NCBI GenBank assembly: GCA_965116795.1
Contig: OZ220716.1
Coordinates: 1,226,503 to 1,290,502, forward strand
Direction of reading: 5' to 3'
DNA length: 64,000 bases
Origin: Gammaproteobacteria bacterium
GTDB lineage: Bacteria > Pseudomonadota > Gammaproteobacteria > JAJFKG01
Part shown: one piece after another, positions 20,336-29,500 of the stretch
How the letters are laid out: each line of letters opens with the position of its first letter
Numbering within the stretch: the stretch's first letter is position 1
The notes under the pieces: generated by a model
What the model was told of the DNA's origin: nothing
The model's input: the letters and a program-made list of their open reading frames with translations, nothing else
Databases searched by the model: none
Position numbers and translations under genes: made by a program

Positions 20336-20803
20336 ATGATGATAACCTTACTGGCTACGTTAGCGGGTTTTATTTCTTCAGCTTTCCCAGATGTTTTAAA
20401 ACTGGTGAGAGACAGAGCCGATAGAAAACACGAACTTGCGATTCTTGACAGGCAGCTTGAAGCGCAACGCGAAGGTCACACTCAACGCTTAGAGGAAATC
20501 CAAATTCAAGCAGACATGACTGAAAGCAAAGCGTTGTATCAACATGCCAGTCTGCCCAGTCACGTAAAATGGGTCGAAGCGCTGCGTGCATCGGTCAGGC
20601 CAATAATAACGTATGCATTCTTTGCCTTGTTTGTGTTTGTTAAAGTAATGACGTTAATCACATTAATGCAACAAGGCTTCACAGTAATAAATAGCGTGCT
20701 TACCATTTGGGACGATGAAACGCAAGCGTTATTTGCTGCCGTAATGGCCTTCTGGTTCGGGCAACGCAGCGTGACAAAATCTCGTCAATTGCATCAGCGA
20801 TAA
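20336..20803 (+). CDS. Putative holin
   Basis: TM segments; ASVRPIITY and FWFGQR motifs. Confidence 0.65.
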   Translation: MMITLLATLAGFISSAFPDVLKLVRDRADRKHELAILDRQLEAQREGHTQRLEEIQIQADMTESKALYQHASLPSHVKWVEALRASVRPIITYAFFALFVFVKVMTLITLMQQGFTVINSVLTIWDDETQALFAAVMAFWFGQRSVTKSRQLHQR

Positions 20804-20828
20804 CTGCTCGAATAAATAGGCATAATTG

Positions 20829-20859
20829 ACTGGCTATACCTTCGATAGTGAGCGTTAAT
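20829..20859 (+). promoter_or_regulatory. Repeated promoter-like motif, copy 1
   Basis: ACTGGCTATA-N11-GAGCGTTAAT upstream of paralog 1. Confidence 0.65.
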
Positions 20860-20894
20860 TACAACGTAACGTTAACTTAATTGGAGAAAAAATC

Positions 20895-21206
20895 ATGAGC
20901 ACATTAATCGAAAGACTGTTTTACAAACCCCTTATCTGGGATGTGAAAAATACCCACTGCACTAAACAAGAAGAAAGCGCATTGCTAGATATTTTTGAAA
21001 AAGCCATGCAACGCGCCGCACTGGTGCCTGCCAGTCAACTGCGCTTTGAATTAACGCGCATTGCACCTGGGCAAACAGCATTGCACCCTTTTGTTCTAAC
21101 GATGCACTTCGACAGGGTCTGCGGGCAAATGCAATGGCGGGGGGTATTTGAGAATGCAGATAACAGCAAAACATTGGAAGTGCTAGGCGCTTTAGAAAAA
21201 GAGTAA
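20895..21206 (+). CDS. Unknown small protein, paralog 1 of 3
   Basis: GGAG RBS; shares FE.A/T, F...M and Q(W/Y).G.F pattern with 21460 and 22025. Confidence 0.8.
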   Translation: MSTLIERLFYKPLIWDVKNTHCTKQEESALLDIFEKAMQRAALVPASQLRFELTRIAPGQTALHPFVLTMHFDRVCGQMQWRGVFENADNSKTLEVLGALEKE

Positions 21207-21223
21207 CCTGCCCTTTACATACA

Positions 21224-21261
21224 GCCGCATGCATCAATGTTTGGTGTCTGTGGCCTTTTTT
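21224..21261 (+). terminator. Probable intrinsic terminator
   Basis: GCCGCA...TGTGGC stem followed by a T-run. Confidence 0.55.
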
Positions 21262-21397
21262 CAGAGCGCAACGTCTTTACCCCTATCTTTTCAATTGGCA
21301 TGACAGCGCCCAAATTTATTTGTTATTCGACAAAATTTCTCATCAGCAAACACTGCATCGATTCATAGCAAAAATAGTGGCCATTTAGCGAAATATA

Positions 21398-21429
21398 ACT
21401 TGCTATAACCTGCAGGTAGAGTGATTAAT
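21398..21429 (+). promoter_or_regulatory. Repeated promoter-like motif, copy 2
   Basis: ACTTGCTATA-N11-GAGTGATTAAT upstream of paralog 2. Confidence 0.65.
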
Positions 21430-21459
21430 GTAATTGTTAAAACAAAACTGGAGGTTAAC

Positions 21460-21792
21460 ATGAACACAGAAATTAACAACGAATATCACACCGAATATTA
21501 TGAAAAATATTACACTAACATTGTGGACAATGAAGGCTTGACGATTGCTGAAGTTAATGCTGCATTAGAAGCTTTCGAAAAAGCGTTAGATATTGCCTTT
21601 GAGAGTTCGGAAGATGCGCTGGGCTTTGATTTGAAAGGCTTTACACCGCAATGCACGCACATTGAAAATTTTGAATTTTCGATGGAGCGACAAATTGTTG
21701 ACGGACAAATTCAGTATTGGGGAATTTTTACCGGCGAAGATGACAAAGCCTTTTACCTTCAAGGGTGGGTCAGAACCGAGAACGACGATTAG
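21460..21792 (+). CDS. Unknown small acidic protein, paralog 2 of 3
   Basis: GGAGG RBS before ATG 21460; shared motif pattern. Confidence 0.8.
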   Translation: MNTEINNEYHTEYYEKYYTNIVDNEGLTIAEVNAALEAFEKALDIAFESSEDALGFDLKGFTPQCTHIENFEFSMERQIVDGQIQYWGIFTGEDDKAFYLQGWVRTENDD

Positions 21793-21805
21793 CTCTCCAG
21801 GTTTG

Positions 21806-21841
21806 GTCACGCGCGCAACGTTGGCGTGTGTGGCTTTTTTT
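21806..21841 (+). terminator. Probable intrinsic terminator
   Basis: GTCACGCGCGC/GCGTGTGTGGC stem followed by T7. Confidence 0.65.
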
Positions 21842-21958
21842 GGTTGCGCCCCACAACTAACTCCTACCTGTTTTTTATTCCCCACAAACGTTACTGTGTT
21901 GGCTGTGTTAAATAACCAACACATCAGTTAAAACTGCTGCAATTTATAGTGTTTTTTT

Positions 21959-21989
21959 ACTGGCTATAACTCGTATACCGAGCCTTAAT
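21959..21989 (+). promoter_or_regulatory. Repeated promoter-like motif, copy 3
   Basis: ACTGGCTATA-N11-GAGCCTTAAT upstream of paralog 3. Confidence 0.65.
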
Positions 21990-22024
21990 CATCACACCTT
22001 GAAAAATATAGAAGGACTATTACC

Positions 22025-22324
22025 ATGTTAACCAATATTGAAAATCGCACGCCAGTTATTTTCTATGCGCATAACACCCGCTGTAATGATGACGAACTGC
22101 GCCTCTTGCTGACGAACTTTGAAATGACTTTGCAATACGTGGCTAATTTCAACAACACAGTGTTTCGATTTAACTTCAAAAATTCGATGCCACCACACAA
22201 TTTATTATTTCCGTTTAGTTTAGTAATGAAGCGTCATCGTGTTGATAGTCAATTTCAATGGCATGGTACGTTTAAACACCACAGTGGTTTGAAGCAATTG
22301 CAACTTATGGGGATTTTATTATGA
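22025..22324 (+). CDS. Unknown small protein, paralog 3 of 3
   Basis: AAGGA RBS; shared motif pattern; ATGA overlap with the lysozyme start. Confidence 0.8.
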   Translation: MLTNIENRTPVIFYAHNTRCNDDELRLLLTNFEMTLQYVANFNNTVFRFNFKNSMPPHNLLFPFSLVMKRHRVDSQFQWHGTFKHHSGLKQLQLMGILL

Positions 22325-22767
22325 TACGGCATATTAGCGAAAACGGATTGTCATTGATAAAACAGTTTGAAGGTTTTTCATCGACAATATACCGTTGTCC
22401 TGCCGGTTACCATACGATTGGGTATGGTCATGTGCTCAAACCAGGTGAGTATTTTGATGAGGGTATTGATAAACAACAAGCAGAAATATTATTGCATCGT
22501 GATGTGCAAGTGGCAGAACGTGCTGTGTTACGTTTGATTAATGTGCCGCTGACGGATGGGAAATTCGCAGCGTTGGTGTCGTTTGTCTTTAATCTGGGCG
22601 CAGGGGCTCTGCAACGTTCAACACTGCGGCGCAAGGTTAATCGGCAAGAGCACGATGAGGTGCCAGCGGAATTTGTGAAGTGGGTTTATGCAGGTGGGCG
22701 TAAGTTGCCAGGCTTGGTGAGGCGTAGACGATGTGAGGCGATGCTGTACCGCGGCACATTTTCGTGA
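22321..22767 (+). CDS. Phage lysozyme (GH24 endolysin)
   Basis: IKQFEG..Y.CPAG..TIGYGH, ALVSFVFNLG and LPGLVRRR motifs. Confidence 0.95.
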   Translation: MIRHISENGLSLIKQFEGFSSTIYRCPAGYHTIGYGHVLKPGEYFDEGIDKQQAEILLHRDVQVAERAVLRLINVPLTDGKFAALVSFVFNLGAGALQRSTLRRKVNRQEHDEVPAEFVKWVYAGGRKLPGLVRRRRCEAMLYRGTFS

Positions 22768-23505
22768 TGAGCGCCATTGCACCCGTGGTCGTGGCTGATG
22801 ACGATGCATCGACATTCTGTTTTAGGCTTATCTTGTATTGGAAAAGGCTCGTTATTGCATGAGTGTAAGGTAATCTCTATAATCTCGTGCAGCTTATCTC
22901 ATTTGCCAAACAAGTGGCCGAGGATACGTTAAGGCAGGTAGTCTTTGCGAGATACAGCAAAGCGTGATAGGTCGATAGGGTTATGTCATTATCCTATCCA
23001 GTAACGTAACGCTTTAAAGCCCAATCAAGTACAATCTAATCACATAACAAGATAACAATACAAGTATAATAAATAACGCTAATAACAAATGTAGTGTTGC
23101 TGCGCTAAGGAAAGATAAGGTAGTCGAACAAGGAGATGTCTGTGTTGATAATATGTTGGTTATGCGCTGCAAACAGAATTATTCCTGGCTTTTCTCAACG
23201 TGGCAACGTAAGGTGTGTGATTAATCCTTGCTGCTATTCGTCGTTACCTATTCTTCAATTGTTTCATCGCCTGATTTTGTTAATACCGCTTGTCTGTGTC
23301 ACAGTGGTTTTTCGTGTGTTATGTGGCGGCGTTTTTCCAAGCGAAATGGCTTTGAAGGTCGTTGGAGTGGCTAGGTGGTGTAGTTAAATATTGCGTGTGT
23401 GATTTTAGTTGGCGCTTGTCTAACCCGCTGTCCTTTGTTAATCACAGGTACAGGTTTTAAGGTTGATTTTTTTGTTTTGGTTTGGTTAAGGGAGTTAGAA
23501 AGAAA

Positions 23506-26500
23506 ATGTTTAAGGGAAGTAAGAAAGGGGTAGGTGATAGAGAATTGGCTGAGAAAGCAGAGAAGTGGTTAGATACCTGCGAGGGGGGGCATTCGGGTGA
23601 GATTCATGCTTTGGCGGTGCTTCCTAATGGGTTAGTGGTCAGTGGGGGTGTAGATGCCACGATTCAGTGTTGGCAGGTAGCTGAGGGGGAGAAGGTGAAG
23701 TACTTAATGCACTTAGCTGCCTGGGAAACGCATTGTTCGGTTTATGCCTTGGCGGTGCTTCCTAATGGGTTGGTGGTTAGTGGGGGTGCTGGTAAAACGA
23801 TTCAGTGTTGGCAGGTGGGGGGTGATGGGAAGGCACAGTACTTAGCTACCTGGGAGGGGCATTCGTGGCGTGTTTATGCCTTGGCGGTGCTTCCTAATAG
23901 GTTGGTGGTTAGTGGGAGTGGTGATAAAACGATTAAGTGTTGGCAGGTAGGAGAGGAGGGCAAGGCGAGATGCTTAGCTACCTGGGAGGGGCATTTGGGT
24001 GAGATTCGTGCTTTGGCGGTGCTTCCTAATGGGTTGGTGGTCAGTGTGGGTTTTGGAGAGATTAAGTGTTGGCAGGTGGGGGATGATGGGAAGGCACAGT
24101 GCTTAGCTACCTCGAAAACGCATTCGAATAAGATTTATGCTTTGGCGGTGCTTCCTAATGGGTTAGTGGTCAGTGGGGGTTTTGGAGAGACTAAGTGTTG
24201 GCAGGTGGGGGATGATGGGAAGGCGCAGTGCTTAGCTACCTGGGAAGGGCATAGGGATAGGGTTACAGCCTTGGCGGTGCTTCCTAATGGGCTAGTGGTC
24301 AGTGGTGGATATATGGATGACCTAATTGAGTGTTGGCAGGTAGGGGATGATGGGAAGGCACAGCAGTTAGACTCTTGGTTCGGCGGTTATTTTTCTTATA
24401 CTGTTGATGCCTTGGCGGCGCTTCCTAATGGGTTAGTGGTCAGTGGGAGTAGTAGAAGTTATAGTTCAGCAGGAGAGCTTAGGTGTTGGCAGGGGGTGTT
24501 TGCGCCGGTGGTGGAATTACAACAACGAGCGGAAGACAGAGAGGCGTTTGCTCAGTACCAATTAGGGTTAGCGTATTACACGGGGCGGCCGGGCGAAGGG
24601 GTTGAGCAAGATATGGGCAAAGCCGTTGATTGGTGGCAGTTAGCGGCAGGGCAAGGGTTTGCTAAAGCCCAACAGCGATTGCAAGAAGCGCAGGAGAGTA
24701 TGTCTCAGCTAGCACCTGCTTCACCACAAGATAACGTCTGGCAATGCTTAAAAATACAACGACAGGCGAGGAAACAAGACAGCGTAATTGAGAAAGGTAA
24801 GATGATTGAAGAGGATACAGCAGCGGTTGATTTGCCTGCGTCAAGCTTTCTTTCAGTCTCAGACAGTGACGGAGCTGTGATTGAATCTGGGATGATGTGC
24901 GAAGTCAACGGCCACGTTGATGAGGGTATCAGTGCGCCTGGTGGTGTGGGTGTCGGTAGTGCTGAATTGATGATTGAGGCAGATTTGAAATTAGTGCCTT
25001 CTTCTGATGTGAGCCAATGGCAAATGACGTTAACCGCCTATCAGTTAACCTGTTTGTTAGGAGCTTGGCATAGTGAGCTCGTCGCGTGTGTCAACGCGTT
25101 AGGGGTGTTCAGTGCGGATACCGATACTCTGTTGCAAGTGGATAAGCACAGTAGAGCGCTCGCTGAGCTGTATGCCTTAATGAAACAGTCTGCTACTGTA
25201 GATGTCCATGTCTACAGCGTATTGATGAAGGTATTAGGGCGGTGCGTGCCGGTGTATCAGTTGGTGGGTAGTGATGATGGTGTTGAGGCAGTGTTGCTGC
25301 GTTTAGAGCAGGTCGCCTTATTAGTGCACCAAGCCATCGACGTTGTTGGGCAGGCCCATTGGTTGCTACGCCATCAGGTGTTGAGGCGGCTGCAGGTGAT
25401 AGCCAGTGAGTATGCGGTTGTCAGCAAGCTAATAGCTGAGAGTGGTGACGTTGCCCTGCGCCGTTACCAAGGCCGTGCCAGTATCGCGGTATTGGGAGAG
25501 GGGTATTATCACGCCCCGGTTGCAGTGGCACGTCAGTTGTTATGTGTCGATGAAATGGGCAAGGAAGTCAAAGCTAATCAAGCAGGTTCGCATGCGGTGG
25601 TGGCGTTAAATGGGGTGCATTATAAACCCAACAGTAAAGCGGAGTTTCCGATTAACCCGGGGAAAGAGCATGCGGTCAGCAGCCTGATGCAGTTAATCGC
25701 GGGACAATCCTTAGCAGCGGCTCCGAGTACGTTGCTGAGTGTGAGTAACGTACCGATTCAAGCTCAAGGCAAAGAGAAACAGATGACGATGACCGGTAAC
25801 CTAGTGCAAGGGGGGTTAACGGTTACCGGGATGTGCTTTAAGGACTTCATTGAATGTCGTGAGGCGCTGGCCAGTTGGCAAGCGCGGTTATCAACAAAGA
25901 CCATTATTGCTTTGCTTGAAGATGCACAATGCGGGTTTCAGAAAGCATTGATGGTGGCTAAGCAAGCATACCCGTCCGTATTTGGCGCAGTAGATATGAG
26001 TGTCGAGTCTGAGCGTGCTGCGTTGAGTGAGCGTTTGCGCGAAGCCTTTGAATCAGTGTGTGCCGGTAAAGCGGTTGAGGCACAGTTACGCGACATAGCC
26101 GAATCAGCAGGCAGGCCTGAGGCTAATCGAGGCAGGATATTTCGTGGGTTGTTTGAAAGTTTCTTGAGTGCCGGTGGCACAGTGGATGCGTTACGTGCGC
26201 TGTTAGGGGTGATAGGTCAAACGCCTGAGCTAATGGCAGGCAATGATATTGCAGGACTGTTGCAGCAGTTCAAGCAGGCTAAGCGGATTGTTAAGTTGCT
26301 GCCCAATACGCCATTAGCCAACGCCTTAGCGATAGTGCCACAGTTATTAACCGAACGTTACCTGGATACCGAAGCGATGAGTGCGCTATGGATTGGATTG
26401 TTGTTAACGATACCGTGTGATGGCAAGTTTGATAACTTCATGTTGCAGTTAGACTATGGGGCTGATAAGCAATTACAACGCTGTCGGATTGTGGCAATTG

Positions 26501-29500
26501 ACAATGATTTAAGTTTAAAGATGCCCTTTAGTGTCAATGAAGAAGGGCAGTTATCGCTCGAGTTAAAGAACCTGCTTATTGTGTTACCGGAGCTGATGAA
26601 CTTGCCCATTCACCCAGCCGTGCGTAGACATTGTTTATCATTATCGCCAGAAGGATGGTACTTAACTTGGTTAAGTGTGTTGGCTAAAGGTGACAGTGAT
26701 TATCAGCAGTGGTTAGCGCAAGGCACCGTGAGTGAGACAGCGCTGAAAGCCATTGATATCCCAGTGCAGTTAAAGAGCCAAGTGTGGCAGTTTATCAAAA
26801 CTCGCTGGCAAGAGTTGCATACGCTGTTGCAAAGTGATGCCAAGGTCACCTTGGGGCAGTGTTTTACCAAGCTCTATCCGTTAGTGGATAAGGCCTATCA
26901 GGGATTAACCCAGTTAGACAGTCCACTGCCTGGCCCGTTAGCGGCAGAGGCTAATCTGTATCAATTCTTCAAGATAGGCGGCAGTTGTCCGGTCGAGCGG
27001 TTATTGCCAAAGGGGTGGCCAGATGAGTTAGCGCAAACTCAGTGTGCGGATAAAGCAAGTCCTGTCATCAGTGCTAACCAGCAAGTGATGCAGGAAGTCG
27101 TGCAACTAGATTGGGCGAAGATAGCACCGTCTGAGCAGTGGCCGAGGGTCGAAGCGTTATCGTTGTTGCCGGGGTTAACGCTACAAGACTGGCAAGGGAT
27201 GACTGAAGAGCACATCACATCCCGATTACAAGGGTGGTTTCGCGACGCGGTAGGTCGAGGACGTCCGTTTGTGGCGCAGCGGTTGTTGGACTTAGGCGCC
27301 AGTGTGAGTTTGCCCGATGAGAGTGAAAATACGGCGCTGCATCAATTCTGTGCCAGTTACTTAAATTACGAAGACAGTGAGACGGTACGATTGATGAGTC
27401 ACGTATTATTGTCTCATCACAGCTGTCAGCCGAATCAATACAATGCGTCGGGGTATACGCCGTTATTGCAATGGGTGAATGTAACACCCGAGCCTGAACA
27501 GTTAACCCCAGCCCAATTGAACAGTGCGTCGGTATTGCTAGAGGTGCTACTCATCCATGGCGCCAACCTTGAAGCCAAGGATGCATTCAAACATGAGACG
27601 GCCTTGGATAAGACGATGAAACAGGGCCGAGAGAAGTGGCATTGGTTTGAGGTGTTAGTGAATAAAGGGGCTGGGGTGCACGCCAATGGCGAGGTGATAG
27701 TCAAACGCCTGCATGAATCTGGGATACTGGCAAAGCGTCCTGCACTGCAAGCGGCTTTGAAGCAATTAACCGAGCTTAATCTAAGCGTAGCGTGGACACT
27801 GAGTCAACAAGTCTGGCAGTCATCCAGTGGCAAGCAGAGCAAGTCTGCCATCGTGGTAAACGGCAGTCGTTGCGGGGAAGTAGTGTTACCACAAGCAATA
27901 GCTAAGGGATTACTCACTGACAAACAGGTGTTTAACGTCAAAGGGGAGACTACCGACTATGGGCGACGAGTGGTTAAAGCCATTGAGCACGATAACGCCA
28001 AGTGGCATGTTAAAGAGAACCCGGAGATGCCTGGGATTGAAATGGCAGTGGGAGCGCTGAGTCGGTTATTGTTTGGCGAACACACCGCTCCCAATGAAGT
28101 GTTTTCGTTTTTCGATGTTAAGGGGGTTGGCTATCCGGTGCTCATCTCCCAGACGGTGCAGGGAGCTAACTTACAAACGGTGTTAAATGACCCTAAGAAA
28201 GCACATACCCATGAGGTGTTACAACAACTCCACCCTCAATACACATCCGAGCAAATTATCTTAGCGATGTTGGTGCATCCAGAAGATGGTAAGCCGGATA
28301 ACTACCAGTTGTTGGAGATGAAAACGACCCGGCCCGATGGCAAGGACAGCACGCAGTATCGACTCATTGGGATTGACAATGACCATGCGTTTGTCAAGCC
28401 GGTGATGATAGAAAAAGGGCATCGCAAATTGCAAGTCAAATGTGTGTTGTTTTGCTTAGATACGATGCGCCGACCAGTACACCTGGCAGTGAGGCAACGT
28501 TTATTGCATTTAAATCCTGTCACGTTCTTAGAGAGTTGGTTAGACCAGTTGATTGCATACCATGAAGGCTCGATGAAGTTGTTTGATAAGAAAGCCCGTC
28601 AGCGGTTGTTTAAAGTGAAGACCGACTTAAAACAGTTAGCCCGCAAAGTCGCCTTGCGTGAAGTGCGAGAACGCTTGCCGGTGGTGGTAACAGTGCCGTT
28701 TCGCGATGGCGCGATAACCGAACTCTGGGACAGGTTGGTGCGGATGCAAGACGCCTTACGGGATAACCCCATGATAACGCATTTACAATTGTTAAAAGCC
28801 ATCACGCCAAGTTTAGGGATGATATATGACGAAGCCTTTGAAGTGCATGAAGAGCCATTTGAAGTGGCTGAGCGGTTTCATGAAGTGGCCAATACCCATT
28901 ACTCGACAGCGATTGCAGGTCGTTATGCGACGTTAACCACTAGCCGTCAAGCACTGGAAGCCGCCGGGTTTTCGGATAAAGAGCAAAAAGCGTTATTAGA
29001 AGAAGGAGATAAGAGCGCGAGCTTCACCCCACGCCATGCGTTATTTCAATTACGTCAAGGGGTAGAGCAAAAGGCGAAGATAGCGACAACCATCGACAGG
29101 TTAGCGAAGGGGGATATGTCTGTGTTTGAACAAATCCTCTCTGAGCAAGTCAAAGAGGATGTGGTTAATCGGTTAGACTTTAGTAAGATGCTAATCGCAG
29201 GCGGTAAGCAACCAGACATAGCTAAGCAGAAGGCGATATTGAAATTGATTATCAATGAGCAAATCGCATTTCATACGTTATCCATTCGTCACTGCGGCGC
29301 ATTAACCGACGATATGTTGATATCGCTGTTAAAGAATGCACCGGAGCTTAGTCGGTTGACGTTAATAGATTGTCCGCAGCTCACAGATAAGTTGGGTAAG
29401 ACCATCGAAAAACTCACCCCGAACGTAACAACGTTGACCTTAAGGCAATTGCCAAACCTTGAAGGATTAGGTAACAAAGTCGTGGCAAGAGGAGCCAATC

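Larger units (their letters stand above)
1..22767 (+). mobile_element. Prophage late operon, copy 1 (head to tail to lysis; left end outside the window)
   Basis: Co-oriented genes in lambdoid order: S49 protease, decoration, capsid, tail, tape measure, tail tip, holins, lysozyme. Confidence 0.93.

Noticed and set aside
1-22767. Gene transfer agent or contractile injection system
   Set aside because: No sheath or baseplate genes. A cos site, integrase and replication genes in the window fit a temperate siphophage better.
23136-23387. 83-aa ORF before the giant gene
   Set aside because: It has an RBS-like AGGAG but no recognisable features; not enough support to call.
23581-24492. CRISPR array or DGR variable region
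   Set aside because: Repeats are in-frame WD40 units with no unique spacers, no cas or RT gene and no template/variable repeat pair.
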